Shown in pieces: positions 17,506-25,632 of a stretch of 64,000 nt of DNA. Each line of letters starts with the position of its first letter. Position 1 is the stretch's first letter. The notes under the pieces were generated by a model, which worked only from the letters and a program-made list of their open reading frames with translations, was not told the origin of the DNA and ran no database searches. The translations under genes were made by a program, and so were the position numbers. This DNA is from Bacteroidota bacterium (GTDB lineage Bacteria; Bacteroidota; Bacteroidia; Flavobacteriales; Flavobacteriaceae): assembly GCA_038529705.1 (NCBI GenBank), contig JBCBDM010000001.1:3025-67024 (forward strand). Reading direction: 5' to 3'.

Positions 17506-17538
17506 GGATGTATTTATATAGTTCACCTGCGCCTTCAA

Positions 17539-17558
17539 TCTGAAAATCTGATTTCAGA
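17539..17558. promoter_or_regulatory. Inverted repeat in the divergent promoter region
   Basis: TCTGAAA-N6-TTTCAGA. Confidence 0.3.
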
Positions 17559-17638
17559 AATCCTCGCAAGTCGTTGAAAATCTTGAACTAAACTAGACCA
17601 TTTGTTTGGAAATAAAGGCAAAAAAAAAGCGGTTGAAA

Positions 17639-17658
17639 TCGCAATTCATGAATTGCGA
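17639..17658. promoter_or_regulatory. Perfect 20-bp palindrome, candidate operator of the divergent Rhs and T2SS-like operons
   Basis: TCGCAATTCATGAATTGCGA is its own reverse complement and lies between the ompH and pilin starts. Confidence 0.5.
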
Positions 17659-17763
17659 CTTGTAAATTTTGGAGTAAAAAATTGTCCTTCAATCGCTTAG
17701 AACAAAAAAATGCTGAAACCCCAAAATTTGGATTTTCGAAGGCTTAAAATCTTACTTTTAAGT

Positions 17764-18183
17764 ATGAACATTTATAGGAGAAAACCACTAAAAAAAGTTC
17801 CGGCCTACACCATGGCCGAAGTACTTTTTGCACTCGCCATTATCGGAATAGCTGTCTCCATTGCCATTCCCATTTTTTCACCGGCTACAACCAAAGCCAA
17901 GGCCACGGAAGCCCAATTACAACTGAAGCATATTCACAACCTTCAAACACAATTCCGCTATGTGCGGTCCAAATACTCTATGGATTTCTATGAAATTGAT
18001 TTTGAAGCCCCCAAAACCGTCAAAGAAGAGGGTTTTGCCAATTATCGATACGAAATCATCCAGGCCTCGACTACCTCCTTCAAGGCGAGAGCAGAAGCCG
18101 TAGTGGATTTCGACGGAGACGGGATCGTTAACATTTGGGAGATCGATGAAAATGGTGTTCCTAAAGAAATTACCAAAGATTGA
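17764..18183 (+). CDS. Type IV pilin/major pseudopilin (GspG/PulG-like)
   Basis: KKVPA|YTMAEVLFALAIIGIAVSIAIP: class III signal peptide with Glu+5; C-terminal DFDGDG motif; probable start at 17764 (ORF track begins 17710). Confidence 0.85.
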   Translation: MNIYRRKPLKKVPAYTMAEVLFALAIIGIAVSIAIPIFSPATTKAKATEAQLQLKHIHNLQTQFRYVRSKYSMDFYEIDFEAPKTVKEEGFANYRYEIIQASTTSFKARAEAVVDFDGDGIVNIWEIDENGVPKEITKD

Positions 18184-18674
18184 TCTGGACCCTTATTAAA
18201 ATAGTACTCATGGGGACACTGGGAATTATCGGTGTACAGGACCTTAAAGAGAGACAGGTCTGGGCTTTTCTGTTTCCATTATTTGGCGTACTGGGAGCGG
18301 TACTATTCTATCCGAAGGTGACTCCGGCTTTTTTTTGGCTCTCCATTGTCATCAATCTAGGGTTGGTAATCGTGATATTGTTGATCAATTTCATAGTAGC
18401 ACGATATATTCTGAAAAAGAATCTATTCAAAGAGGCCATGGGCCTGGGAGATGTGTTGTTCTTTATGGGATTTGCGATCTCCTTTCCCACACTAACCTTT
18501 ATCAACCTATTTGTTTTCTCCATCCTATTCACCCTTGTCTTTCATTATGTCCTTACATTTTTGAATCGGTCAGTCCTCGCCACCATTCCCCTGGCCGGAT
18601 GTATGTCCTTGTTTTTAACAACCATCTATCTCATCCACTGGACGGGATTTTATGACCCATTATATTTTCTGTAA
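18180..18674 (+). CDS. Prepilin peptidase A24-like (short, peptidase domain only)
   Basis: Multi-TM; catalytic Asp motifs QDLKER and MGLGD; overlaps the pilin stop. Confidence 0.75.
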   Translation: MIWTLIKIVLMGTLGIIGVQDLKERQVWAFLFPLFGVLGAVLFYPKVTPAFFWLSIVINLGLVIVILLINFIVARYILKKNLFKEAMGLGDVLFFMGFAISFPTLTFINLFVFSILFTLVFHYVLTFLNRSVLATIPLAGCMSLFLTTIYLIHWTGFYDPLYFL

Positions 18675-20075
18675 ATGCAATCATTTGAAATACCCACATC
18701 TCTAAAACAACTCATTAGCTCCAATCAGGCTTTTCACTACCGGATCGTCCCAATGGAAAAAAAGGGAGATGTGGTGGTTTTTAAAACCGATGCCGAACAT
18801 CCGGAACTCTTGCATTCTGAATTATCCATTGTTTTCAACTTCACTCCCGAACTCCAACATGACTCTTCAGAAAACATTCAGGCTTACCTTATATATAACT
18901 ATCGTCAAACCACCACCGCTCTGGGTGGAATTTCGGAAGCTACCTTCCTGGAAGAATTACTACAGACCGCCAAAGACTTCAATAGCAGTGACATTCATCT
19001 GGAACCTTATGAAACTCTCTGCCGTGTTCGGTTTCGCCTGGATGGCAAACTCAAAGAACACTATCAAATCTCCCTGAACCAGTATCCAAAGATCATTAAT
19101 ATCATTAAACACAGGGCAGAACTGGACGTATCCCAGAAAAGGCTTCCACAAGATGGAAGGATAACGGTAAAAGGAGTGGACGATGATTTCGATATCCGGG
19201 TCTCAACCATGCCTTCATTGCATGGCGAAAAGATCGTTCTTAGGATTCTCAAGCAAGACGCGACGGGAGTGGAATTAAAAAACCTCGGATTCAAAGAGCG
19301 TGAATTGAAATTGTACCTGGAGGGCATCAAGATGACTACCGGTATTATTCTCATATCGGGACCCACTGGTTCGGGTAAAACCACCACATTGTATGGAACG
19401 CTCAAGCTATTGAACAGCGAGGAGAAAAATATCCTTACCGTTGAAGACCCCATAGAGTATACTTTAGATGGGGTAAATCAAGTACAACTCAAGGAGGATA
19501 TCGGCTTGGACTTTCCAAGAACCCTCCGAACGTTCCTTCGGCAGGATCCCAATGTGATCATGGTAGGAGAAATCCGGGATAGAGACACAGCAGACATGGC
19601 TATTCGGGCGGCTTTAACCGGGCATCTGGTATTGTCTACCATTCACACCAATTCCGCTTGGGCTACAGTCTCCAGACTTATCGACATGGGAGTACCTCCT
19701 TTTCTGGTAGCCAGCACCCTAAAATTAAGTGTAGCCCAACGGTTGGTTCGAAAGCTATGTGATCATTGTAAACGAATGGAGCCTGTTACCGAAAACCTAT
19801 TTCCGGAGAGCTTTTCAGAAAAAAAAATGATCCCACAACACTATGTATCCGTGGGCTGTAACCAATGTCATTTTACCGGATATAGCGGACGAAAAGCCTT
19901 GTATGAGATCATCCCTGTTCGGGCCGAATTGGAGCAGGCCATCAAGCGCAATGCCTTGCAGATAGATGATTATTTGATCGAAAATGACCTGGGGACGCTT
20001 CAAAGCAACGCCATAGATATGATTATCAAGGGCGAAACCACAGTAGACGAAGTTTATTCGCTATTGACAAACTAA
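18675..20075 (+). CDS. gspE: GspE/PilB family secretion ATPase
   Basis: Walker A GPTGSGKTT, Asp box TVEDPIEY, LRQDPNVIMVGEIRD, His box STIHTNSA, tetracysteine CDHC..CNQC. Confidence 0.95.
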   Translation: MQSFEIPTSLKQLISSNQAFHYRIVPMEKKGDVVVFKTDAEHPELLHSELSIVFNFTPELQHDSSENIQAYLIYNYRQTTTALGGISEATFLEELLQTAKDFNSSDIHLEPYETLCRVRFRLDGKLKEHYQISLNQYPKIINIIKHRAELDVSQKRLPQDGRITVKGVDDDFDIRVSTMPSLHGEKIVLRILKQDATGVELKNLGFKERELKLYLEGIKMTTGIILISGPTGSGKTTTLYGTLKLLNSEEKNILTVEDPIEYTLDGVNQVQLKEDIGLDFPRTLRTFLRQDPNVIMVGEIRDRDTADMAIRAALTGHLVLSTIHTNSAWATVSRLIDMGVPPFLVASTLKLSVAQRLVRKLCDHCKRMEPVTENLFPESFSEKKMIPQHYVSVGCNQCHFTGYSGRKALYEIIPVRAELEQAIKRNALQIDDYLIENDLGTLQSNAIDMIIKGETTVDEVYSLLTN

Positions 20076-20082
20076 CTAACAC

Positions 20083-22206
20083 ATGAAAAAAACAATATAC
20101 GTTCTTCTACTCCTATTTCTATGCCATGGGAAGGTTTTCTCCCAGGACCTCAATTCCAGGGTACATACACTTCAAAATCAACTGGACATTCTAAAAATTG
20201 AAACGCCCGGACTGGACGAAACTATTAATATCAATATTACACAAACCACACTTTCTAACTTTCTTCTGGCCATAGCCAAAGTTCATAATTTGAACATCAA
20301 TGTTTCTCCTGAACTTAACAGCACAAATATTGTCAATAATTTCTCGGATGTCTCTGTTAGCGACATCCTTATTTTTTTAGTCAAAGAATACGACCTTGAT
20401 ATCGATTTTACAGGAAATATTCTTTCTATCAAAAAGTACATTCCTCCCAGACAGGAGCCTAAGGAAAAACCGATCACTATGGCCTATTCATTGTCCAACC
20501 AAAGTTTGAGCCTCGACTTGAAAGGGGACCCTCTGGACAAAGTAGTTAGAAAGATCATGGATGAGACCGGGAAAAACCTGTTATATACCCCAGATCTGGA
20601 AGGGACTCCTCTTACTATTTATATCAATAACGTTCCCTTGGATGTTGCTCTGAACAAAATGGCAGAATCCAACAACCTCCTAATGGACAAGACCCAGGAC
20701 GGTTTCTATACGTTCGAGTCGGCGTTGGTACAAAACACTACCTCCTCTTCGGGAACTCCCACTGCCAGTCGTACCATTCGAAGGAGAAAGAACAACTTTA
20801 ATTATACGATATTGGACACCCTTGCAAAAAAGGTTACGGTCCATCTGCAAAATACGCCCATAGCCGATGTGGTCTATACACTGGGCGAAGACCTTAAATT
20901 AGATATTTTCACGGCCTCTCCACTGGACAAGGCCGGAGTGGCCAATGTAGATGCCAAAGACATTCATTTCGATATCCTTCTGAATAAATTATTTCAGAGT
21001 AGTTCCAGTGCCACCTCAAACGGAAATTCCAATAACCCCGCATCCTCTGGTTCCAATTTCACCTATAAAAAAGAGGGCAATGTGTATTACTTTGGAACGG
21101 AAGACCAATTATCCCTCAAGCAGGTAGAGCTAGTCACTATGATGCACAGGTCTATTCAGCTTTTGGACGATCCCTCCGGAGGTGGGCAACGTAGGGCCGG
21201 AAGAAATAACTTCACTTCCGGAACTACCAATTTCTACAATAGTGGCGGCAATTTCAATCAAAATCAAAATTCGGGAAGAACCAATAATTCCGGAAATTCT
21301 AATACCTCTGGCAATGTATCATCCATTGAAGATATCATTCCGGAGGATATTAAAGCGGGCTTAGATATTAAAATAGACCCAGAGCTTAACAGTTTCGTTA
21401 TCAGCGGCCCGGGGGTTAAAGTAGAACGCTTTAAAGAGTTTATCACTTTTATAGATAAACCCGTGCCTGTCATTTTAATCGAAGTGATGATCCTGGAGGT
21501 AAACCGAAGTGCCATTACCGAAACGGGGGTTTCTTTCGGAATTGGAGACAGGCCAGTTCAGACCCGCGGTGAATTCTTCCCCAATGGAAATGTGACCATA
21601 GGGGCAACGGATGTCAATAAAATAATCGGAAATTTCGACGGTTTCGGAGCCCTCAACATTGGCCGGGTAGTCCCTAATTTTTACCTAGACATTAAGGCCA
21701 TGGAAGCTGCCGGAACTCTAAAAGTAAAGTCTACTCCCAAGTTGGCTACCATCAACGGACACAAGGCTTTTTTGTCCAGCGGGGAAACAACATATTACGC
21801 AGTGACCAGTCAGAATTTTTTCGGATCGCAAATCCCCCAAACCTCGGAAATTAGAAACTATGTTCCCATCGATGCAGAGCTCTCCCTTGAAATTTTACCC
21901 TTTGTTTCGGGTAACGGACAGATCACCTTAGATGTGCAGGTGCTTCAATCGGCTTTCAACGGAGAACGTGTGGCAGAAGACGCCCCACCCGGTATTACCA
22001 GTAGGGAGTTCTCCTCTATAGTTCGAATGGAAGATGAAGATATCGTGGTTCTGGGAGGAATAGAATCCATACGAAAGGACAATTCTGGCTCAGGAGTTCC
22101 TTTTTTGGCAAGAATTCCGGTGATCAAATGGCTATTCAGTAAGCGCAGGCGAGAGGCTTCCAAGCGAAACTTAACCATTCTTATTAAACCTACCATCATA
22201 GAGTAA
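20083..22206 (+). CDS. gspD: Secretin (GspD/PilQ family)
   Basis: Signal peptide; N3-like region followed by IDKPVPVILIEVMILEV; C-terminal secretin motif IVVLGG...SGVPFLARIPVIKWLF. Confidence 0.92.
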   Translation: MKKTIYVLLLLFLCHGKVFSQDLNSRVHTLQNQLDILKIETPGLDETININITQTTLSNFLLAIAKVHNLNINVSPELNSTNIVNNFSDVSVSDILIFLVKEYDLDIDFTGNILSIKKYIPPRQEPKEKPITMAYSLSNQSLSLDLKGDPLDKVVRKIMDETGKNLLYTPDLEGTPLTIYINNVPLDVALNKMAESNNLLMDKTQDGFYTFESALVQNTTSSSGTPTASRTIRRRKNNFNYTILDTLAKKVTVHLQNTPIADVVYTLGEDLKLDIFTASPLDKAGVANVDAKDIHFDILLNKLFQSSSSATSNGNSNNPASSGSNFTYKKEGNVYYFGTEDQLSLKQVELVTMMHRSIQLLDDPSGGGQRRAGRNNFTSGTTNFYNSGGNFNQNQNSGRTNNSGNSNTSGNVSSIEDIIPEDIKAGLDIKIDPELNSFVISGPGVKVERFKEFITFIDKPVPVILIEVMILEVNRSAITETGVSFGIGDRPVQTRGEFFPNGNVTIGATDVNKIIGNFDGFGALNIGRVVPNFYLDIKAMEAAGTLKVKSTPKLATINGHKAFLSSGETTYYAVTSQNFFGSQIPQTSEIRNYVPIDAELSLEILPFVSGNGQITLDVQVLQSAFNGERVAEDAPPGITSREFSSIVRMEDEDIVVLGGIESIRKDNSGSGVPFLARIPVIKWLFSKRRREASKRNLTILIKPTIIE

Positions 22207-23417
22207 TGTTAAATAGATTGCTGTCTTACATATCCTATGGCTCCTCCTTTTGCGGGATAGAAGTGAACACTTTCGATGCAAGTGATCAATTCTTTGCAAT
22301 TACCGCTGAAAAAAGGAAACAGGAATTTGAAAAATTCGACTTTTATAAGGAAGATTCGTTGGCTGCCCTGTCTCAAAAGGTCGGCAAAAACCGTCACGCT
22401 TTTTTGATCATCAACACCGATAAGGTATTAGTAAAGGAAGTCGCTTCAAGCTTTGACCAGAAAAATGCACTCGCCCATGCCTTTCCTGGTCTATCTTCAT
22501 CAGAATTCTTCTTCGAAGTGGTGAAATTCTCCGAAAAGACATTTGTCGCTGTATGCCGTAAAGAGGAGGTGGAGTCCATTATCCGCAAAGCCGAAGTCAA
22601 CCATTTCCATGTACTGGGGTTTCATCTAGGCTTTACCTCTTTGAAGGCCCTCTTACCAAGCTTGAGTTACGACGAATTGCCTACACAACGATTCTCCATT
22701 ACCCTGGAGAATCAAGAAATTGGATCGTTTTCCCTCAACCAGGAAAATGAGCATTTATTCTGCCATATTCAGGGCGTTGAGATTCATTCCCACCATATTC
22801 TGGCTCTATCCGGGCTTACAGGGCCCTTAACCAACAGTAAGGAACTATTGGGCAATACCACAGCGACTTCTGTCGATTTAAAAAAGCTCTTTCTGGAAAA
22901 AGCTTTCTTCCGGAATGGACTAAAACTGGCCGTTACCCTGCTACTGGTCATCGTCATGGGCAACTTATTTTTTTTCAATCAATTCAGAAAAAAATATCAA
23001 CAATTGGACGCTGAAGCCTCTTTGATTTCTACTCAGCAGCGTACCATAAAAACAAAGACCGAGACCCTAGAATTAAAAGAGAGTATTGTAAAGAATATTC
23101 TGAATAGCGATCACTCCAAAAGTTCATTTTTTATCAATAGGCTAGTATCCGGAAAACCCCCTTCCGTTGTATTCTCCGAAATTCATTATCAGCCCCTGGA
23201 AAGAAACCCCCGGCCGGATAAGGCCATTCAATATCGAAAAGGGACCATCGTTTTATCCGGGGAAAGCGGAAGCAAGGAAGCCTTTTCTCAATGGATAGAG
23301 ACGTTGGAAGCAGAGGATTGGATTTTGGAGGTGACCATCTTAGACTATGGAATGGCTCAAACAACTCGAGATCTCTTTCACATTAATCTAAAGCTCAATG
23401 AAGACTCCAAGAAATAA
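22206..23417 (+). CDS. PilM/PilN- or GspL-like assembly platform protein
   Basis: N-terminal cytoplasmic domain, one TM (LAVTLLLVIVMGNLFFF), coiled coil, PilN-like C-terminus (IVLSGES..FSQWIETLE..WI); coupled to gspD. Confidence 0.6.
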   Translation: MLNRLLSYISYGSSFCGIEVNTFDASDQFFAITAEKRKQEFEKFDFYKEDSLAALSQKVGKNRHAFLIINTDKVLVKEVASSFDQKNALAHAFPGLSSSEFFFEVVKFSEKTFVAVCRKEEVESIIRKAEVNHFHVLGFHLGFTSLKALLPSLSYDELPTQRFSITLENQEIGSFSLNQENEHLFCHIQGVEIHSHHILALSGLTGPLTNSKELLGNTTATSVDLKKLFLEKAFFRNGLKLAVTLLLVIVMGNLFFFNQFRKKYQQLDAEASLISTQQRTIKTKTETLELKESIVKNILNSDHSKSSFFINRLVSGKPPSVVFSEIHYQPLERNPRPDKAIQYRKGTIVLSGESGSKEAFSQWIETLEAEDWILEVTILDYGMAQTTRDLFHINLKLNEDSKK

Positions 23418-23940
23418 GAATATAGTACTGATTGTAGGGTTTATCATTGTACTGTTATTGTCCTACAGATTCGTCCTCTCCAAAACGATCTTCCTGAAAA
23501 ATGAGATCTCCAAACTCGAGCAGCATCTTGTTAGTTCGGAAGATTTGGCCCACATCGCCCTACAGCTTGACCAGCGCGAGAAATTTATAGATTCTGTACT
23601 TCAGAAGAACAATCTAAAGCACCTATCCATCCAAAATAATTTACTGGAATTTTTAAACCGTGAAGCACGGGAGGGCACCTTCCAAATCACGCAGTTTACG
23701 GAGCCACATCGATCTGTTGAAAATGAAGTAACCACTACTTCGTATCGGTTTACCCTCAGAGGGTCTTTTCTCGCTTGCGAACAGATTATCTATCAACTTG
23801 AACAAGCATATAATTTCGGAAAAATTACTCATTTGAAGTTCGAGAAAAAACGAGACTTCCGGAAAGGGAAGGACTACCTGGAATGTAATGTGATCATAGA
23901 AAGTTTTGTTTCTCTACAAAGAGTGAGGGCACTAGATTAA
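23398..23940 (+). CDS. PilO/GspM-like protein
   Basis: N-terminal TM, coiled coil, ferredoxin-like C-terminus (FTLRGSF...IYQLEQ); overlaps the previous gene. Confidence 0.6.
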   Translation: MKTPRNKNIVLIVGFIIVLLLSYRFVLSKTIFLKNEISKLEQHLVSSEDLAHIALQLDQREKFIDSVLQKNNLKHLSIQNNLLEFLNREAREGTFQITQFTEPHRSVENEVTTTSYRFTLRGSFLACEQIIYQLEQAYNFGKITHLKFEKKRDFRKGKDYLECNVIIESFVSLQRVRALD

Positions 23941-25620
23941 ATCCGTAGTGGATTTTTCCAATTGTTTGATATAATAAGACGGATAGATCCCAAACTTCTT
24001 ATAAAAGGCCTTTGAGAAATACTCGCTCGATCCAAAACCACTTTCTTCGGCGATGGCCTTTACCGAATACTTTCTGAAGGTCTCATCCTCTTTGAGACGT
24101 TTGGCGCTTGCACTTACTCTTAGATCGTTGACGTAGGCGTTGAAATTCATCTGTTTTTCGGTATTGATCACTTTAGAAAGATAATTGGCGTTGGTCTTAA
24201 GCCTCTTGGCTAGAGTTTGCAAGGTGATCTTTCTGGACAAATATCCCCGATCTTCTTCAAATTGCCTTAAATTCTCTGATATCTTGGCCCAAACATCTTC
24301 GGAGATCGACCGATCTCTTTTGTCAACTCCAGTGATGGGTTCCTGTTTGGTTTCTTCCAAATCCAGTAACAAGCGCTCAAAACGCTTTTTGTAGATCCTT
24401 CTTTGCGTAACGAAATACCCCAGGCCGAAGAAACTAAAAATAAGTACACTCAGAATCCATTTGATGCGCTTGGTTCCATCCATATTTTTCGACTCCAATA
24501 CCGCAATTAGTTGTTCTTTCTCTTCCAATAGGAGAGGGATCACATATTCTTTGTTCGTTTTCTCCTTAACATACTTTTCCTTTTCTCTGATAAGACTATC
24601 CACTACCAGAAGGTCTGTTAAATACTGTAATTGAAGCTCCAGCTTCCCTTCTTTCTGGTAATGGTCTTTCAAAGTTTTATAGACCATGGCCAACTCCGGA
24701 TATACAACGTTATCCTTTTTATAAGTAGAATCGATCTCACTGAACATCTTAATTCCTTGCTCCTGTCTCCCTTGTTTTAAGTAGATACTTCCTATATAAT
24801 AAGGGTAGGTGGAATAATCCCCGTGGTCCCTTTTACCATGGTACCCTTTATTCAAACTATCCAAAGCCGCTTCATAATCGCCTTTAAAATACATGGCACA
24901 ACCCGATCGCTCCACCAAATTGAAGTAAAATTCATATTCATTTCGATCCAACGCAACTTCAATAGCCTTTTTAAAGAAAAACAAGGCCGAGTCTGGTTTC
25001 TTTAATCTTACATATGATGTCCCAATACCACTTAAAGTATGCATGTATGATCTTTCTCGAGACTTGCGAATATCCGGATGGTTCTCCCATAATTCTATTT
25101 TAACGAACTCGGCATCTAAAGCTTCACGATGATTTCCCCACAAGTTATTTATGGCAGAAATTAAGTCAAGCCCAATTACCTGATACAAAACATTCTCTTT
25201 TGCCCGGGCACTTTCAAATGCCTTGATGGCGCTATTTAAACCTTCTTCGTATTGATCGTAGTAATAGTAGTAATAGGCCTTAAAAGCGTAGGGTGCTGCC
25301 GGATAATTCTTGTGGATACTATTTCTAGATAAATAGATAGCCGAATCTAAATATACAAGAGCCTGTTCATATTCAGAGACATTAGACATACGTTCATAGG
25401 CTCGTGCCATTTTCGTGCTATCGAGATCTCTTTCAGCCTTTTTTAAGTATGTACGAGCTATTCGCGTTGCAGCCACTGTGTCTTTTTTATTCTTATCGAA
25501 CAAGCTAATAAGTGAATCATAGCTTTGAACCCTGAGATAGGATTCTGAATAATGCTGTCCATAAGTCAGAGCAATTGACAACCTAAATATCCCCACAAAT
25601 AAAAAAGCTCTAAGAAACAT
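23932..25620 (-). CDS. Membrane-spanning TPR-AraC transcriptional regulator (paralog 1)
   Basis: Signal-like N-terminus, TPR-like helices, TM, AraC HTH (LAKRLKTNANYLSKVIN...IAEESGFGSSEYFSKAFYKKFGIYPS). Confidence 0.9.
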   Translation of the reverse strand: MFLRAFLFVGIFRLSIALTYGQHYSESYLRVQSYDSLISLFDKNKKDTVAATRIARTYLKKAERDLDSTKMARAYERMSNVSEYEQALVYLDSAIYLSRNSIHKNYPAAPYAFKAYYYYYYDQYEEGLNSAIKAFESARAKENVLYQVIGLDLISAINNLWGNHREALDAEFVKIELWENHPDIRKSRERSYMHTLSGIGTSYVRLKKPDSALFFFKKAIEVALDRNEYEFYFNLVERSGCAMYFKGDYEAALDSLNKGYHGKRDHGDYSTYPYYIGSIYLKQGRQEQGIKMFSEIDSTYKKDNVVYPELAMVYKTLKDHYQKEGKLELQLQYLTDLLVVDSLIREKEKYVKEKTNKEYVIPLLLEEKEQLIAVLESKNMDGTKRIKWILSVLIFSFFGLGYFVTQRRIYKKRFERLLLDLEETKQEPITGVDKRDRSISEDVWAKISENLRQFEEDRGYLSRKITLQTLAKRLKTNANYLSKVINTEKQMNFNAYVNDLRVSASAKRLKEDETFRKYSVKAIAEESGFGSSEYFSKAFYKKFGIYPSYYIKQLEKSTTDLI

Positions 25621-25632
25621 ATGTTAAATATA

